IMG/VR virus record: IMGVR_UViG_3300047649_000011
Location: 1 to 59,472 of that record
DNA length: 59,472 nt
Source of the DNA: a virus
Lineage: Duplodnaviria > Caudoviricetes
Reading direction: 5' to 3' (one strand)
The notes below the pieces were generated by a model. That model did not search any database, was not told where the DNA came from, and saw only the letters and a list, made by a program, of their open reading frames with translations. Of this stretch, positions 18,890 through 28,656 are shown one piece after another (within the stretch, counting starts at the first letter, position 1; each line of letters starts with the position of its first letter). A program made the translations under genes and the position numbers.

Positions 18890-19700
18890 ATTATCACTCC
18901 AATCTATGTATTTTGGCTCCCTACAATGCCCTACAACGTACGAAACTACGCTGGCCTATATAGTTGTATAGGCTATTTTAAACTTTACTAGTTAGCTCTA
19001 ATTGAGCAGTTATTAATATATCTATGAGTTGCATTAGTTGACCTATTGTTTTGCTCTGTTGGCCGATCAATTTATCTTTTTCACGCTCACCATCTAACTC
19101 ACATCCTGCACAGCAATTATCATCATTCTCGGGATCACACATTATTTTTCATCCCCTCTACTCTACTGTAGTCCAACCATTGACAGCCATCCCATTGTCA
19201 AATCTTTTTACTAGCTCATTAAATTTATCAGCATATATTTTTGTATCTTGCTTCATTTTGCCATCTCCTTTACTTAAAACGACTCCCCTACAAATCTGCT
19301 ACACGCCAACAAATTTAATGCCCGTTGCCTAACTATCCAGCGCCGTCGATATTTATTTATTCCTGGCAGCGATATTTGGCAATATAGCTTATTACAATAC
19401 GCCACCATTATTCAACTCCTTTGAGCAAGCGATTCGCCAGTCATCATACAAACTTTTACTACCCTGTACAGTCATTCGTGGCTTACCGTTTTTAATATAG
19501 ATAAAAACTTTTTTCCGTAACAAATTTTTCTTTTTCACTTTTTACCTCCGATCTCATATATTTAGTCTATTTTACAATAACAGTCACACACAATCGCCGT
19601 ATAAGCGACGATAAGCAAGCGCCCAGTATGTTTGTATGCAGGTATTTCGCGGGTTTGTGGGCTGGGAGAAAATAAATTTAAATTGTTTTGATTCTATGTG

Positions 19701-19729
19701 TTGACATTCAAAATTGATTATGATAGTAT
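19701..19729 (+). promoter_or_regulatory. SigA-type promoter of ART cassette
   Basis: TTGACA-17-TAGTAT with extended TG. Confidence 0.7.
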
Positions 19730-19797
19730 TAAATCAAGATAACGACACGGCAACGGTCGATCACATAGATAGCAAAAGCAAAAGGGAGTTGGCAAAA

Positions 19798-20319
19798 ATG
19801 TTAATTGCTTATCACGGTAGCCAATCGTCAACAGCAATAACTACTTTTGATAGTGGCACTGATCATCAAGAATTAAGCCGCGATGAAGAAAACGGCACAA
19901 TGTCAATTGGCACTTACTTCAGCAGCGACTATGATACAGCACTGGGTTACGCAAATGGATCATTTTATACTTGTCAATTAGATATCGCCAACACGCTTGA
20001 TTTGCGGACTCCCGAAGGTGCAGAAATTGCCGAAGAATTTGTCAACGATGCCAAAAATGAATATGAATTATCTTGCGACTTATTTGATGAGGATGGATAC
20101 ATCGCAACTCAATTACAAAAAGGTTTCGGCAGTTTTTCAGTAGCTTTTGATCAAATGGGTAGCGATGTAAGACAAGTATTAAATGCAATTGCCGAATATG
20201 CTCAATCTGCCGGTTATGATAGCATAATTTTTGATGACGAAAGTCGCGAAGGCCAATCGATATCTTATATAATTTTCAACACAGATCAAATTGAAATCTT
20301 GGAGGTTACTGCTACATGA
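19798..20319 (+). CDS. ADP-ribosyltransferase-fold protein (ART-PolyVal-like)
   Basis: AYHGS, G.YFS, A.GYA, GYDSIIF, YIIFN.DQI motifs; ATG 19798 after AAGGGAG. Confidence 0.65.
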   Translation: MLIAYHGSQSSTAITTFDSGTDHQELSRDEENGTMSIGTYFSSDYDTALGYANGSFYTCQLDIANTLDLRTPEGAEIAEEFVNDAKNEYELSCDLFDEDGYIATQLQKGFGSFSVAFDQMGSDVRQVLNAIAEYAQSAGYDSIIFDDESREGQSISYIIFNTDQIEILEVTAT

Positions 20320-20540
20320 TTAAATCATATTGCACACAAAACAGCGGAGATTGTCCCACTTGCTCACTAACTAACTACAATCGCGACTGTCAAAACAACC
20401 CTATACAAGGCGGCCATCGTCCAGGCGCAGGTCGTAAGCCTACAGGTCGTAAACGCCAGCAATTCTATATCACGGATGCGGAATATGCAGCATTAAAAAA
20501 GTATCTAGAAAATTTAAGGAATGAGCAAATTGGTAGATAG
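20316..20540 (+). CDS. Small Cys-rich putative DNA-binding protein (GG.RPGAGRKP motif)
   Basis: Coupled ATGA overlap with ART-like gene. Confidence 0.6.
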   Translation: MIKSYCTQNSGDCPTCSLTNYNRDCQNNPIQGGHRPGAGRKPTGRKRQQFYITDAEYAALKKYLENLRNEQIGR

Positions 20541-20662
20541 AAATGATTGGAAAAATTTTATCGAATTAATGATCAAAATGGCACAAGATAATTGTATTTT
20601 GCTCGGCGCAGAAGACAAAAGGATTATCAGCGATTATTGTAAAGACGGAACATTACCAGACT

Positions 20663-20686
20663 AGCCCCTTAATCGGGGCTTTTTTT
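20663..20686 (+). terminator. Intrinsic terminator
   Basis: AGCCCC-ttaatc-GGGGCT plus T-run. Confidence 0.75.
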
Positions 20687-20876
20687 ATTTTACCATCCTA
20701 ATCTCTGCGTGCCTCGGCGGCGCATTAGCTCTCATCCCATTTCTACTGTCAATATAGCCGCTGCACTTCCCGCCTGACAGCAATATCCTATTAGCCATGC
20801 ATACGTCGATTCCGTGGCTCAAACAGTCTTTGTGACTACACAATACAACGATCATGATTGATACACCTCCGTACAA
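20685..20876 (-). CDS. Small Cys-rich hypothetical protein
   Basis: First gene after putative ArpU-dependent promoter; GGAGGTG RBS suggests a start slightly downstream. Confidence 0.5.
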   Translation of the reverse strand: MYGGVSIMIVVLCSHKDCLSHGIDVCMANRILLSGGKCSGYIDSRNGMRANAPPRHAEIRMVK

Positions 20877-20929
20877 AAATAAAATAGGGCCATTACCAGT
20901 AAAGGTTAACGCCCTATCTCTTGATAATA

Positions 20930-20976
20930 CTATTTTACACCGGATTGTAGCCTAAATTGTTGCATCTTTGTTGCAT
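20930..20976 (-). promoter_or_regulatory. Putative ArpU/RinA-dependent promoter
   Basis: ATGCAACA direct repeat with 11-bp period followed by GTG-TAAAAT -10-like element. Confidence 0.55.
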
Positions 20977-20993
20977 AAAAAATAAAGAAAAGT

Positions 20994-21206
20994 CTATTCT
21001 TTTTTTTGCCAGATTATTTCATAACCAATCACACCAGCTATTTTTTCGGCCTCAACATATTTTAGCGTTCCTCTGGTCAATTTCTGACTAAGATTTTGTA
21101 AGCTACCAAATCCACCATCTTTGTTAAGTTTCTCCACTACTTGCGACATAGTATTTCCAGACTCTATAATTTTTGCCTTGACTATATTCAATGCCATATC
21201 ATACAC
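20994..21206 (-). CDS. Small HTH-like regulator
   Basis: QNLSQKL.RGTLKY.E..KIA..IGYEI pattern; divergent from 21334. Confidence 0.6.
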   Translation of the reverse strand: MYDMALNIVKAKIIESGNTMSQVVEKLNKDGGFGSLQNLSQKLTRGTLKYVEAEKIAGVIGYEIIWQKKE

Positions 21207-21284
21207 GTCCTCTCTTATTATAAAAACAGGATAACATTTAATTAACTTAATGACAATGTTTTTAATTATAAAGTTAAATAATCA

Positions 21285-21313
21285 TTGACATAATTAATTA
21301 TAAAGATTATAAT
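21285..21313 (+). promoter_or_regulatory. Consensus SigA promoter
   Basis: TTGACA-17-TATAAT; TAATTATAAAG direct repeat overlapping it. Confidence 0.8.
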
Positions 21314-21333
21314 TTAACCACGGAGTTAAATTA

Positions 21334-21867
21334 ATGGAGGCGGTAAAGATGACGGCAACAACAATGGTAAAGGCATGGGAAATAGCACATACAATGATTG
21401 ACGGATTGATGTTTGATGAATTACGTACAGAACGTGGATGCGGAAAGACTTGGGGTAAACTAAATACAAACGCGACAGTTATTGACCTTGGCAATAGATT
21501 AGAAGTTAATAAAGAAAACGGTGAAACGGTTAATATTTGGATTGAACCCAAGAGCGACGAAGATAAAGTAGCAAGTAGCGCGCAGCCTATTATTACAAAG
21601 AAAGTACAATGCCTAACATTTGCAATCATGGGAACTAGTTATACAGCAGAACCAGAGCGCCGCCTGTATGATAAGCTTGGTGGTGATAAATTTTACGCAC
21701 AAATTGCAGCTGGTGATTTTGTGGTAGCATGGTGTAATTACAATGGTATTAAATGGGGGTGTGTTAATGTTATAAAAATTGATCACTATTCACACGGAGA
21801 ATATGGCGGTCATTACTGTATAACTGCACTTATTGAAGATAGGATAAATGAAGAATCTCCAGTCTAG
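21334..21867 (+). CDS. Hypothetical moron protein
   Basis: Own promoter and terminator, opposite strand to neighbours; likely start ATG 21349 after GGAGG. Confidence 0.65.
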   Translation: MEAVKMTATTMVKAWEIAHTMIDGLMFDELRTERGCGKTWGKLNTNATVIDLGNRLEVNKENGETVNIWIEPKSDEDKVASSAQPIITKKVQCLTFAIMGTSYTAEPERRLYDKLGGDKFYAQIAAGDFVVAWCNYNGIKWGCVNVIKIDHYSHGEYGGHYCITALIEDRINEESPV

Positions 21868-21926
21868 CCGATAATATAACGATAAAATCCCCCATCTCAG
21901 CCGATTGGTTGAGGTAGGGGATTTCG

Positions 21927-22352
21927 CTATTTACTGGCCAATCCCATTTCTACCGCTATATCAAAAAGTACACCATCGATCCATCTATACAATGTCACCC
22001 TGTTGCATCCTATCTCTTGCGATATTCCTTGATCAGTATAAATTCGAGGATGTTTCCAATACTTTAGCTCTATTGCTTGCAACTTATAATCTGGCAATTC
22101 ATCAATCACAGCAGCAATAGCTTTGCAGGTCCTTTCCATCTGCATAATTCGCTTGTTCGTCAACAGTTTGAACGTCTTCGACTCCGTAGGATTGCCTATA
22201 TCGTACGATTTACCACCGTTATTGTCATGTACAGGGCTTGCCATAATTAGCTCATTACGCTCCTCCCCTATAGCTCGTAAAGTATCGTCAAAATCGCGCA
22301 ACTCAGCTTCAATGTAGGCTTTAATATCACGTCTTAATCGCAAGATTATCAC
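21927..22352 (-). CDS. RinA/ArpU-family transcriptional activator (copy 1)
   Basis: YIEAELRDF, GNPTE.K, IELKYW...GIS.EI...RVTLYRW. Confidence 0.85.
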   Translation of the reverse strand: MIILRLRRDIKAYIEAELRDFDDTLRAIGEERNELIMASPVHDNNGGKSYDIGNPTESKTFKLLTNKRIMQMERTCKAIAAVIDELPDYKLQAIELKYWKHPRIYTDQGISQEIGCNRVTLYRWIDGVLFDIAVEMGLASK

Positions 22353-22621
22353 TCCTTCCTCTTATAATAATCTCGTCCATTGCTACTATTCTTCCTATGC
22401 ATCTCCTGCGCCAACTCATCCACCGTCTCCTGGCTATATCCCTTGATCGCGAAATATGTAATACAACTTTGAATCGTGTCCATGACTTCCATATCTGTAG
22501 CATACTCGTCCATATTCAGAATTGCATCAATTACCTCATCGGCCTCTTCTTTGATGTGAAACGCCTGATCTACAATACTGTTGTCAGTATATTTCCAGCA
22601 CGGCTCCATCTCAATTTTCAT
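22349..22621 (-). CDS. MazG-like NTP pyrophosphohydrolase
   Basis: EE..EV....E..D pattern, HRKN..RGRDYY-like tail. Confidence 0.55.
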   Translation of the reverse strand: MKIEMEPCWKYTDNSIVDQAFHIKEEADEVIDAILNMDEYATDMEVMDTIQSCITYFAIKGYSQETVDELAQEMHRKNSSNGRDYYKRKE

Positions 22622-22878
22622 TGTTTTTCCTCCTCTTCTTGCTCCTTTGATATCCCCATTTCAATCTCCAATGCTGTATACTTCGCGGATTAACCGATAA
22701 TTCTTTAGCCATTTCAATATCAGTGAATCCTTTTCGATATAGCTCGAAACAATATTTGAGGTCAAACTGTTCGGTTCTCATGGCTTGTTAATAGTAAACA
22801 CCCAAATACCAAAAGCAATCATCATGGCTATATTCCATTGGCAAACATAGCATTCTTTAATGTGTTCCCACATTTTAA

Positions 22879-23154
22879 TCATGATTCCACTTCCAATCGT
22901 CTCAGCGCATCACGCAATAAATTATCAACTCTGAGCAAATAATAATATCCTTCATCGTGATATCCAATCACTTTTCTCGTCGCATCGCACACTGCCTGTT
23001 GCCGGGATATTAGGTCTGCTATGTCTTTAGCCTGCGGTGCTGATAATGAATAATATATTTGATGATCTCCTCCAAAATATTTATCTTTTACAATCTCTGA
23101 TAACGTATCATGTCGATCCAATAATTCTATTGCTTTTTCAGCATTTATCATCAT
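22879..23154 (-). CDS. Hypothetical protein
   Basis: ORF in early/middle operon. Confidence 0.5.
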   Translation of the reverse strand: MMINAEKAIELLDRHDTLSEIVKDKYFGGDHQIYYSLSAPQAKDIADLISRQQAVCDATRKVIGYHDEGYYYLLRVDNLLRDALRRLEVES

Positions 23155-23174
23155 TCATTCTCACCTTTACATAA

Positions 23175-23456
23175 TTAATTTTTGTAATCAGTAGCACACA
23201 TACCTATACATTGGGGGCATCCATATTTCACTAAATAGTCCTCCGTCCCAAGCCTTTTTATACAAACGTGTCTAGTATCCTTCCAGCCAATTCTATCGTC
23301 GCACGCAGGTTCAGCCTCAATGATAATATCTTGTGTTAAAATGTGTCCATTCCATTGACTAACAATATATTCTTTCATTTGCGCTTCATTTTTAAATTCT
23401 TTTGCTTCTGCCATCGCATCAAATAAACTTCCCCTTTGGGGCCTATAAATGATCAT
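23175..23456 (-). CDS. Hypothetical phage protein (YRPQRGSL.DAM)
   Basis: ORF with GGAGG RBS. Confidence 0.55.
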   Translation of the reverse strand: MIIYRPQRGSLFDAMAEAKEFKNEAQMKEYIVSQWNGHILTQDIIIEAEPACDDRIGWKDTRHVCIKRLGTEDYLVKYGCPQCIGMCATDYKN

Positions 23457-23544
23457 TCCTCCACCTTCTCATATGTGGCTGCATTTCCGTTCAAATAATC
23501 TGCCACATCTTCCAGCATATAAAAAGATGTCCCACCGTTTCTAA

Positions 23545-23781
23545 CTACCATTCTGCCAGCTTGGCTTTATATTCATCGCAATGTTTTTCAGCTTGAAATA
23601 TATTTGCTCCCGTATTTTTTAAATGCTGAATATGATTAGATTTCTCATCTTCCAGCTTGCCGCGAAGATCTTGAACATAGTCAAATAGCGTTTCCCCACA
23701 ATGCACACATATCAACATTTGTGCGCCCATTGATATGGATTTATCTCCATATGGCCTAAACATCTCATGTTTACAACTCAC
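23545..23781 (-). CDS. Hypothetical protein
   Basis: ORF in operon. Confidence 0.4.
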   Translation of the reverse strand: MSCKHEMFRPYGDKSISMGAQMLICVHCGETLFDYVQDLRGKLEDEKSNHIQHLKNTGANIFQAEKHCDEYKAKLAEW

Positions 23782-24132
23782 CGCTCACAGCCCCTTTCTT
23801 CTTGTAATTATCCGTACATGTTGTCCATTTTCGAGGACTGACTTTCACCCCGTGTAAATGGCAAAAATGAGATTCATAAAATATACAGTTACCGCATTTC
23901 ACCGCTACTCAGCCCCTTTCATTTGCCAATTTTTCTGTAATAGGTCAAAATTTTAGAAACACCATTTTTATTTTTTAACGATATGTTGATCGACATAGGA
24001 AACTCTTTTTTATCATTCACATCATATTTACAATCGATAATTTTAGCAGGTTCATAATGTGTCTTCTCGCAATCTATTGCCGCTTGTTCTTTAAAATATC
24101 GCACACCACAAACATTGCAAATATAAAAGGTT

Positions 24133-24492
24133 TCAACTTTTGGCATTATCAACACCCTCCAATTCCTTGCGTTTTTGGCAAAATTCAAACCAATCGCAAC
24201 TACAACCGTCAATATTGCACTCATCGTAATTAAGTTTGAAGTCTTCACATGGATATGTTTCTACATCATCATCATCAAATCTATCTATCGCTTCCACCGC
24301 CAACTTTCCCAGCTCAGCCCACTTCTTCTGCTGTTCCCAGTCCTCTACGGATATGGTCATGAGGCGGATAGGCTTATCCTCATGTTCCATCCACGTTTTC
24401 AATTTATCGTTGGCATTTTTATTCATTGCTGGCACCACCTTTCTTCTTATTAGTGAACCAATGCATTCCTTTATTGGCGCACAGCCCAACAA
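24133..24492 (-). CDS. Hypothetical protein, Cys-rich C-terminus
   Basis: ORF in operon. Confidence 0.45.
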   Translation of the reverse strand: MLGCAPIKECIGSLIRRKVVPAMNKNANDKLKTWMEHEDKPIRLMTISVEDWEQQKKWAELGKLAVEAIDRFDDDDVETYPCEDFKLNYDECNIDGCSCDWFEFCQKRKELEGVDNAKS

Positions 24493-24589
24493 TCATAGCT
24501 ATCACAGCTAAATTTGTCTTTCCATCCATTCCAAGCTGAACAGTGATTAAAGCTGTAACGAAACCACAATACCAGTGTGTCGTTTCCAT

Positions 24590-25081
24590 CTATTCAGCCT
24601 CCTTCGGCGGCTCTGGCCTGTCATTTTCAGCAGGCGGTTCTGGAAGTAACATCCATCTCCGTGCTAATTTAACTTTTACTTCACTGTATGACGTGCCAAG
24701 CCAAACTGCTGTTACGTATGACTTTGTTTTTAAAAAGGAAGTTAAATATTCAAACACAATCCACTTTCTTTCGTCCGGGCCAAAATCTGGCGGCTTACCA
24801 TCTATCCACCGCATCCGTTCGCCTAACTCCATCAAATCTATTGCTTCCCCATTTGATTCCGGTTCTTTAGTATAATAATCGCCACTATCCCATTCGTGAT
24901 ATTTGCATAGTGACAGTTCCCCGCTCCGTATCCGGTCAAGTACGCTTTTGCTCATTTTCGTTATACCTCCAATTCTTCCGCACCATTCGCAAGGATGGGA
25001 TAAATGCGATAAGCACCCAGGATGACTACACGGTACGCCGTCAGGTAATTTGTCAAGTACGCTCATTTTCATCGTCTCCAA
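24590..25081 (-). CDS. Hypothetical protein (DUF551-like C-terminus)
   Basis: W...PP...WMLLPEPP motif. Confidence 0.5.
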   Translation of the reverse strand: METMKMSVLDKLPDGVPCSHPGCLSHLSHPCEWCGRIGGITKMSKSVLDRIRSGELSLCKYHEWDSGDYYTKEPESNGEAIDLMELGERMRWIDGKPPDFGPDERKWIVFEYLTSFLKTKSYVTAVWLGTSYSEVKVKLARRWMLLPEPPAENDRPEPPKEAE

Positions 25082-25348
25082 TCAATGCAACAAGGTTTTT
25101 AAATGATCTTGGAGCAACCGACTATTTGCTAATACTGCCTCTGTAGCTGATTTGAACTTATCTAATTTTTCGATAAGTTGCTTATTTTCAGCTTCCAACC
25201 GTCCATTTTTTTCTTCCTGCTCGGCGATGTGGGCAATTAATCGGGGAATTGATCTACTTAGCAAAGTGTGATGTCCGTATGACAAATATGGCAATTTATC
25301 AATTTCTTTAGTTTCTTTTAGAATTTCGTCTTGCTCTGTCGGTGTCAT
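25082..25348 (-). CDS. Hypothetical coiled-coil protein
   Basis: Coupled ORF. Confidence 0.45.
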   Translation of the reverse strand: MTPTEQDEILKETKEIDKLPYLSYGHHTLLSRSIPRLIAHIAEQEEKNGRLEAENKQLIEKLDKFKSATEAVLANSRLLQDHLKTLLH

Positions 25349-25635
25349 GATTGCACCTCTTCTTTTTCGTAATACTCAACAACTACAGGCGCATTCCATA
25401 TTTCAACGATTAAATCTTTAGTGCAACTACGTCTATTAGAACTAAAGAAGCGATAACCGATTTCCAATCTTTCTGGCAATTCTGCTGAACAATCAATAAT
25501 TTCTTTTATTTCAAGACCGTTAACTATGTAGCCTATTTCGTAAGCTGTCGCGCCTTGTTGATTAACAACAGTTATCTTTTTTATCTCTCTCATGATTGCA
25601 CCTCCGATTCCTGCCGTAAGGCTTGCCGCCAGCAT
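25345..25635 (-). CDS. Hypothetical protein
   Basis: Likely start MREIKKI after GGAGG. Confidence 0.5.
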   Translation of the reverse strand: MLAASLTAGIGGAIMREIKKITVVNQQGATAYEIGYIVNGLEIKEIIDCSAELPERLEIGYRFFSSNRRSCTKDLIVEIWNAPVVVEYYEKEEVQS

Positions 25636-25723
25636 TTTTCACAGCAATGTTTTCCGCACGAACTAGGACCACTTAAACCGATATCTCCAGGGCAACAACA
25701 CATTCCAACAACGTAATCATCAA

Positions 25724-26128
25724 TCAACTTTTCAACTGCCTTGTCGTTGTATATAACGTCAATTTGCAATTCTCATTTTTCACGCCATTTACGGAACAAT
25801 ATTCTTCCTTGCACGGTTCACAATATTTCAGTACCCGTTTCCGTTTGAACCTATATTCAAGTGTCCAAGCCTTTTTAAGCTGTTTTAATCTATGCGGCTT
25901 CTTTTTCCATTCATGCAAAACCGATTCAGCAAATAGCCGCACATTCAGTTTTTCAGGGATTGTATTAGCCCGTTCGCAGTAGCCCTCTTTTCCGTCGTGG
26001 CACTCATAGCCGCGCCGTTTGCAACGCCTTGGACTTCCGCATGGTGCCACTGTGTGACCATTCTTTTTGGTGTATCTGAACACTTCATGGTCTAATCTGT
26101 GTTTGATTTCTTCGACTAAACTATTCAT
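25724..26128 (-). CDS. Hypothetical basic Cys-rich protein
   Basis: Coupled to YopX gene. Confidence 0.45.
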   Translation of the reverse strand: MNSLVEEIKHRLDHEVFRYTKKNGHTVAPCGSPRRCKRRGYECHDGKEGYCERANTIPEKLNVRLFAESVLHEWKKKPHRLKQLKKAWTLEYRFKRKRVLKYCEPCKEEYCSVNGVKNENCKLTLYTTTRQLKS

Positions 26129-26559
26129 TTCTTCGCCTCCAGCAGCTCTGGATTGTCGTGAACATTGCCGATTACTTCCAGTTCTCGATAAGCATATAGT
26201 AGAGTGTGATTTTCAAGAATATATTTATTTAGTTCTCTTTTAACGCCTAAAGAAAATTCAGCACTTGTCTCACTAAAAACTATTTTTCCAACATACCCAA
26301 CTTTTGATTTGCAAATATCCCCCTCGTAAATCTCCACGCCGTTCTTGTCTTTAAGGCCTGTAAACTGCATTAATTCGTAACGTGGTTTATTTGCATAAAG
26401 CATATTGCCTCCGCCATAAACCTCTGTTCCTTCATAGTCGGATTCTCCATATCCACGAACCCATGTTAAATTTCTACTCAAACGGTCTACTTTAATTTCA
26501 TGAACATCAAACATTTCCTTTGTTTTTTTGTTCCAAGCACGAAATTTAATCTCTCTCAC
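26125..26559 (-). CDS. YopX family protein
   Basis: MREIKFRAW...MQFTGLKDKNGVEIYEGDI...EVIGNVHDNPELL. Confidence 0.9.
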   Translation of the reverse strand: MREIKFRAWNKKTKEMFDVHEIKVDRLSRNLTWVRGYGESDYEGTEVYGGGNMLYANKPRYELMQFTGLKDKNGVEIYEGDICKSKVGYVGKIVFSETSAEFSLGVKRELNKYILENHTLLYAYRELEVIGNVHDNPELLEAKK

Positions 26560-26747
26560 CTTAACCCCTCCCGCATAAATTATTTATCTTCGGATATCCT
26601 ATAAATAGCTAGTTCTTGTATTATGGATTGCCAGAGTCATCCTCCCCGGGGCTCTGGCTTTTCCATGTATAAAAACCGATTATTATGGTATCCTATAAAC
26701 GACAATTCTCTCTCGAGTCAGAGCCAATTTCTAAGGCCCTGACTTTT

Positions 26748-27980
26748 TCAATTTCCGCTATCGCCGCTGAAAAGCGATAGCATGCGCATGGTGTCAGCAG
26801 ACTGATTTGTCGGAAGTCCCTGCAGTGCATGGAGACAATAATCGTCGTTGATTACCTGGCAGTTTCGTCTAAGCGCCTTGTACTCGTTGTACTGCTGACG
26901 GTATCGGTAGCTGTCGCCAAACACGTTCCACGCGGCCTTTACCAAATGCGGTTCAAATGGCCGTATCTTTTCCAAATCTTCTATCGCTTTCGCTGATATA
27001 GAGCATCCACAGCAACCTGTGCGCGTCAGGCCGTATACCTCATAGGCGTCCGAATATCTGATTTTGTAGTAATTTTTGTACCACTGCTTATCCGCGTTCG
27101 ATACATAATACAACGGTCTGAGCCTATATTTTCCGTCAGCTGTTGCGGTAAAACACATGGATGTATTATCTTTGCGTGGGACAGACCTCATTCCACCCTC
27201 GTCCCGACGCTCTCCCGTGATGATCATATCAAATGACTTTTGTGCACTGTGAGCTACTTGTTTTTTGCAGTAATTGCAACATTTGTCGCTGACCTTGAAA
27301 GGAATCGGGTTTTCAATGATGAAGTCAAGCATATATTTTGACGAGCCGATGACAAGCTGGATGTCCGGTCGTGGCTCCCCTGCGGAATTGCACCCGCACA
27401 GAAAGTTAATTGTTGATTCACACTTCGGATAACGTTTTTTAAGCTCTGCCCGCTTTGCTGCCTTGTCCTCTGCGTCTGCATATTCAGCGGCTATTGACAG
27501 CGGAATGTTTTTCTTTTGGACACCCTCTAAGCCGCTCGACATAATCTTTGAAACAAACGGCAGTCCATATTCCCTTGTGGCCTGTACTATGTTCTTTTTG
27601 GGTCGATGTTCGGCAATTGTAACGCCGTATAGTTTCGCAGTTTCCCGGACGTGCCGTTTGATTGCCTCCATCTCAAGACCGGTGTTAAAAAAGCAGTAAT
27701 TAATAGGCGGTAGATCAAATGTTTTACGCACCGTCTCGATCAGGTGCAGCATGATGTCGCTGTCACTCCCGCCAGAATATGAGCAGATTGCATTTGGGTA
27801 CTGAATCAATCTCTTCACGATTATACTTTGTATGGCCGAGAATTTGGCTGGCGCATTAAAATCCGCGTATGCGGGTCTGTCTGTGTATACTTTGCTTTTG
27901 TATGCGCGGTTCATTCCGTAACTTACCTCAGCTATCTGAACTTTGTCCCGGTTCCCGAAAAGCGTATGCTCCATCAGCAT
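26748..27980 (-). CDS. PAPS-reductase-like (PP-loop) protein
   Basis: SYSGGSDSD, NTGLE, CC.YCKK, GERRDEG..R, RTGCCGC; possible starts at 27980 or 27914. Confidence 0.85.
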   Translation of the reverse strand: MLMEHTLFGNRDKVQIAEVSYGMNRAYKSKVYTDRPAYADFNAPAKFSAIQSIIVKRLIQYPNAICSYSGGSDSDIMLHLIETVRKTFDLPPINYCFFNTGLEMEAIKRHVRETAKLYGVTIAEHRPKKNIVQATREYGLPFVSKIMSSGLEGVQKKNIPLSIAAEYADAEDKAAKRAELKKRYPKCESTINFLCGCNSAGEPRPDIQLVIGSSKYMLDFIIENPIPFKVSDKCCNYCKKQVAHSAQKSFDMIITGERRDEGGMRSVPRKDNTSMCFTATADGKYRLRPLYYVSNADKQWYKNYYKIRYSDAYEVYGLTRTGCCGCSISAKAIEDLEKIRPFEPHLVKAAWNVFGDSYRYRQQYNEYKALRRNCQVINDDYCLHALQGLPTNQSADTMRMLSLFSGDSGN

Positions 27981-28048
27981 TTCACCATCGCCCTCTTCAA
28001 CACTGCCGCAAATCCCTTTTTGCCGGCGCTTCTGTTGCTGTTGTCTTA

Positions 28049-28321
28049 TCATGTTGTAGCCGCCTTGATCTTATCTAACTCAGCTTGCCAAGCCATTATG
28101 CGCTCGTCCATTTCTTTCTGACCGGGCGTTGGCTCTGGTTCCGGTTCTGGATCGTCAGTAGACCATATAACTTCGCAGTTTGTCTTCACGTCAGCTGGGC
28201 ACGTTACATATCCCAAGCTGTAATCTGGCTGGACAATCTTAAACGGCCTACCATATTTGTCTGCCATACTTCGAGCTATGTGTTGCCAGTGTTTTAAATC
28301 ACGGCTTATGTCTGCGCTCAT
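28049..28321 (-). CDS. Hypothetical protein
   Basis: Coupled ORF. Confidence 0.5.
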   Translation of the reverse strand: MSADISRDLKHWQHIARSMADKYGRPFKIVQPDYSLGYVTCPADVKTNCEVIWSTDDPEPEPEPTPGQKEMDERIMAWQAELDKIKAATT

Positions 28322-28653
28322 TGATATCTCATCTCCGCTCGACTTTCAAATAGGCCGAATGCTGGAATTAACTTGTCCATATCGATATTAGGGTTGTTAT
28401 GACCTAGTAGCTTCTTACCTCGCAAAATCATAGCCATAAATATCATTCTACGATTAAAGTCAGGCGAAATAATCTTTTCTGGCTTATTAGGGATTGTCTT
28501 CCCACGCTTACGCATCAGGTTCATTGCTTCGCTTCGATGATTCTTTACTGCTGTGGCTGTTCTGCCCAATTGCTTTCCCATCCACTCATCAGACTTTTGA
28601 GGGAAGTTGTCACGGACAAGTCGTTCTTCTGCCTCAGTCCACAAATGAGTCAT
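28318..28653 (-). CDS. HTH (Myb-like) protein
   Basis: WTEAEE...LGRTATAV pattern. Confidence 0.55.
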   Translation of the reverse strand: MTHLWTEAEERLVRDNFPQKSDEWMGKQLGRTATAVKNHRSEAMNLMRKRGKTIPNKPEKIISPDFNRRMIFMAMILRGKKLLGHNNPNIDMDKLIPAFGLFESRAEMRYQ

Positions 28654-28656
28654 AAT

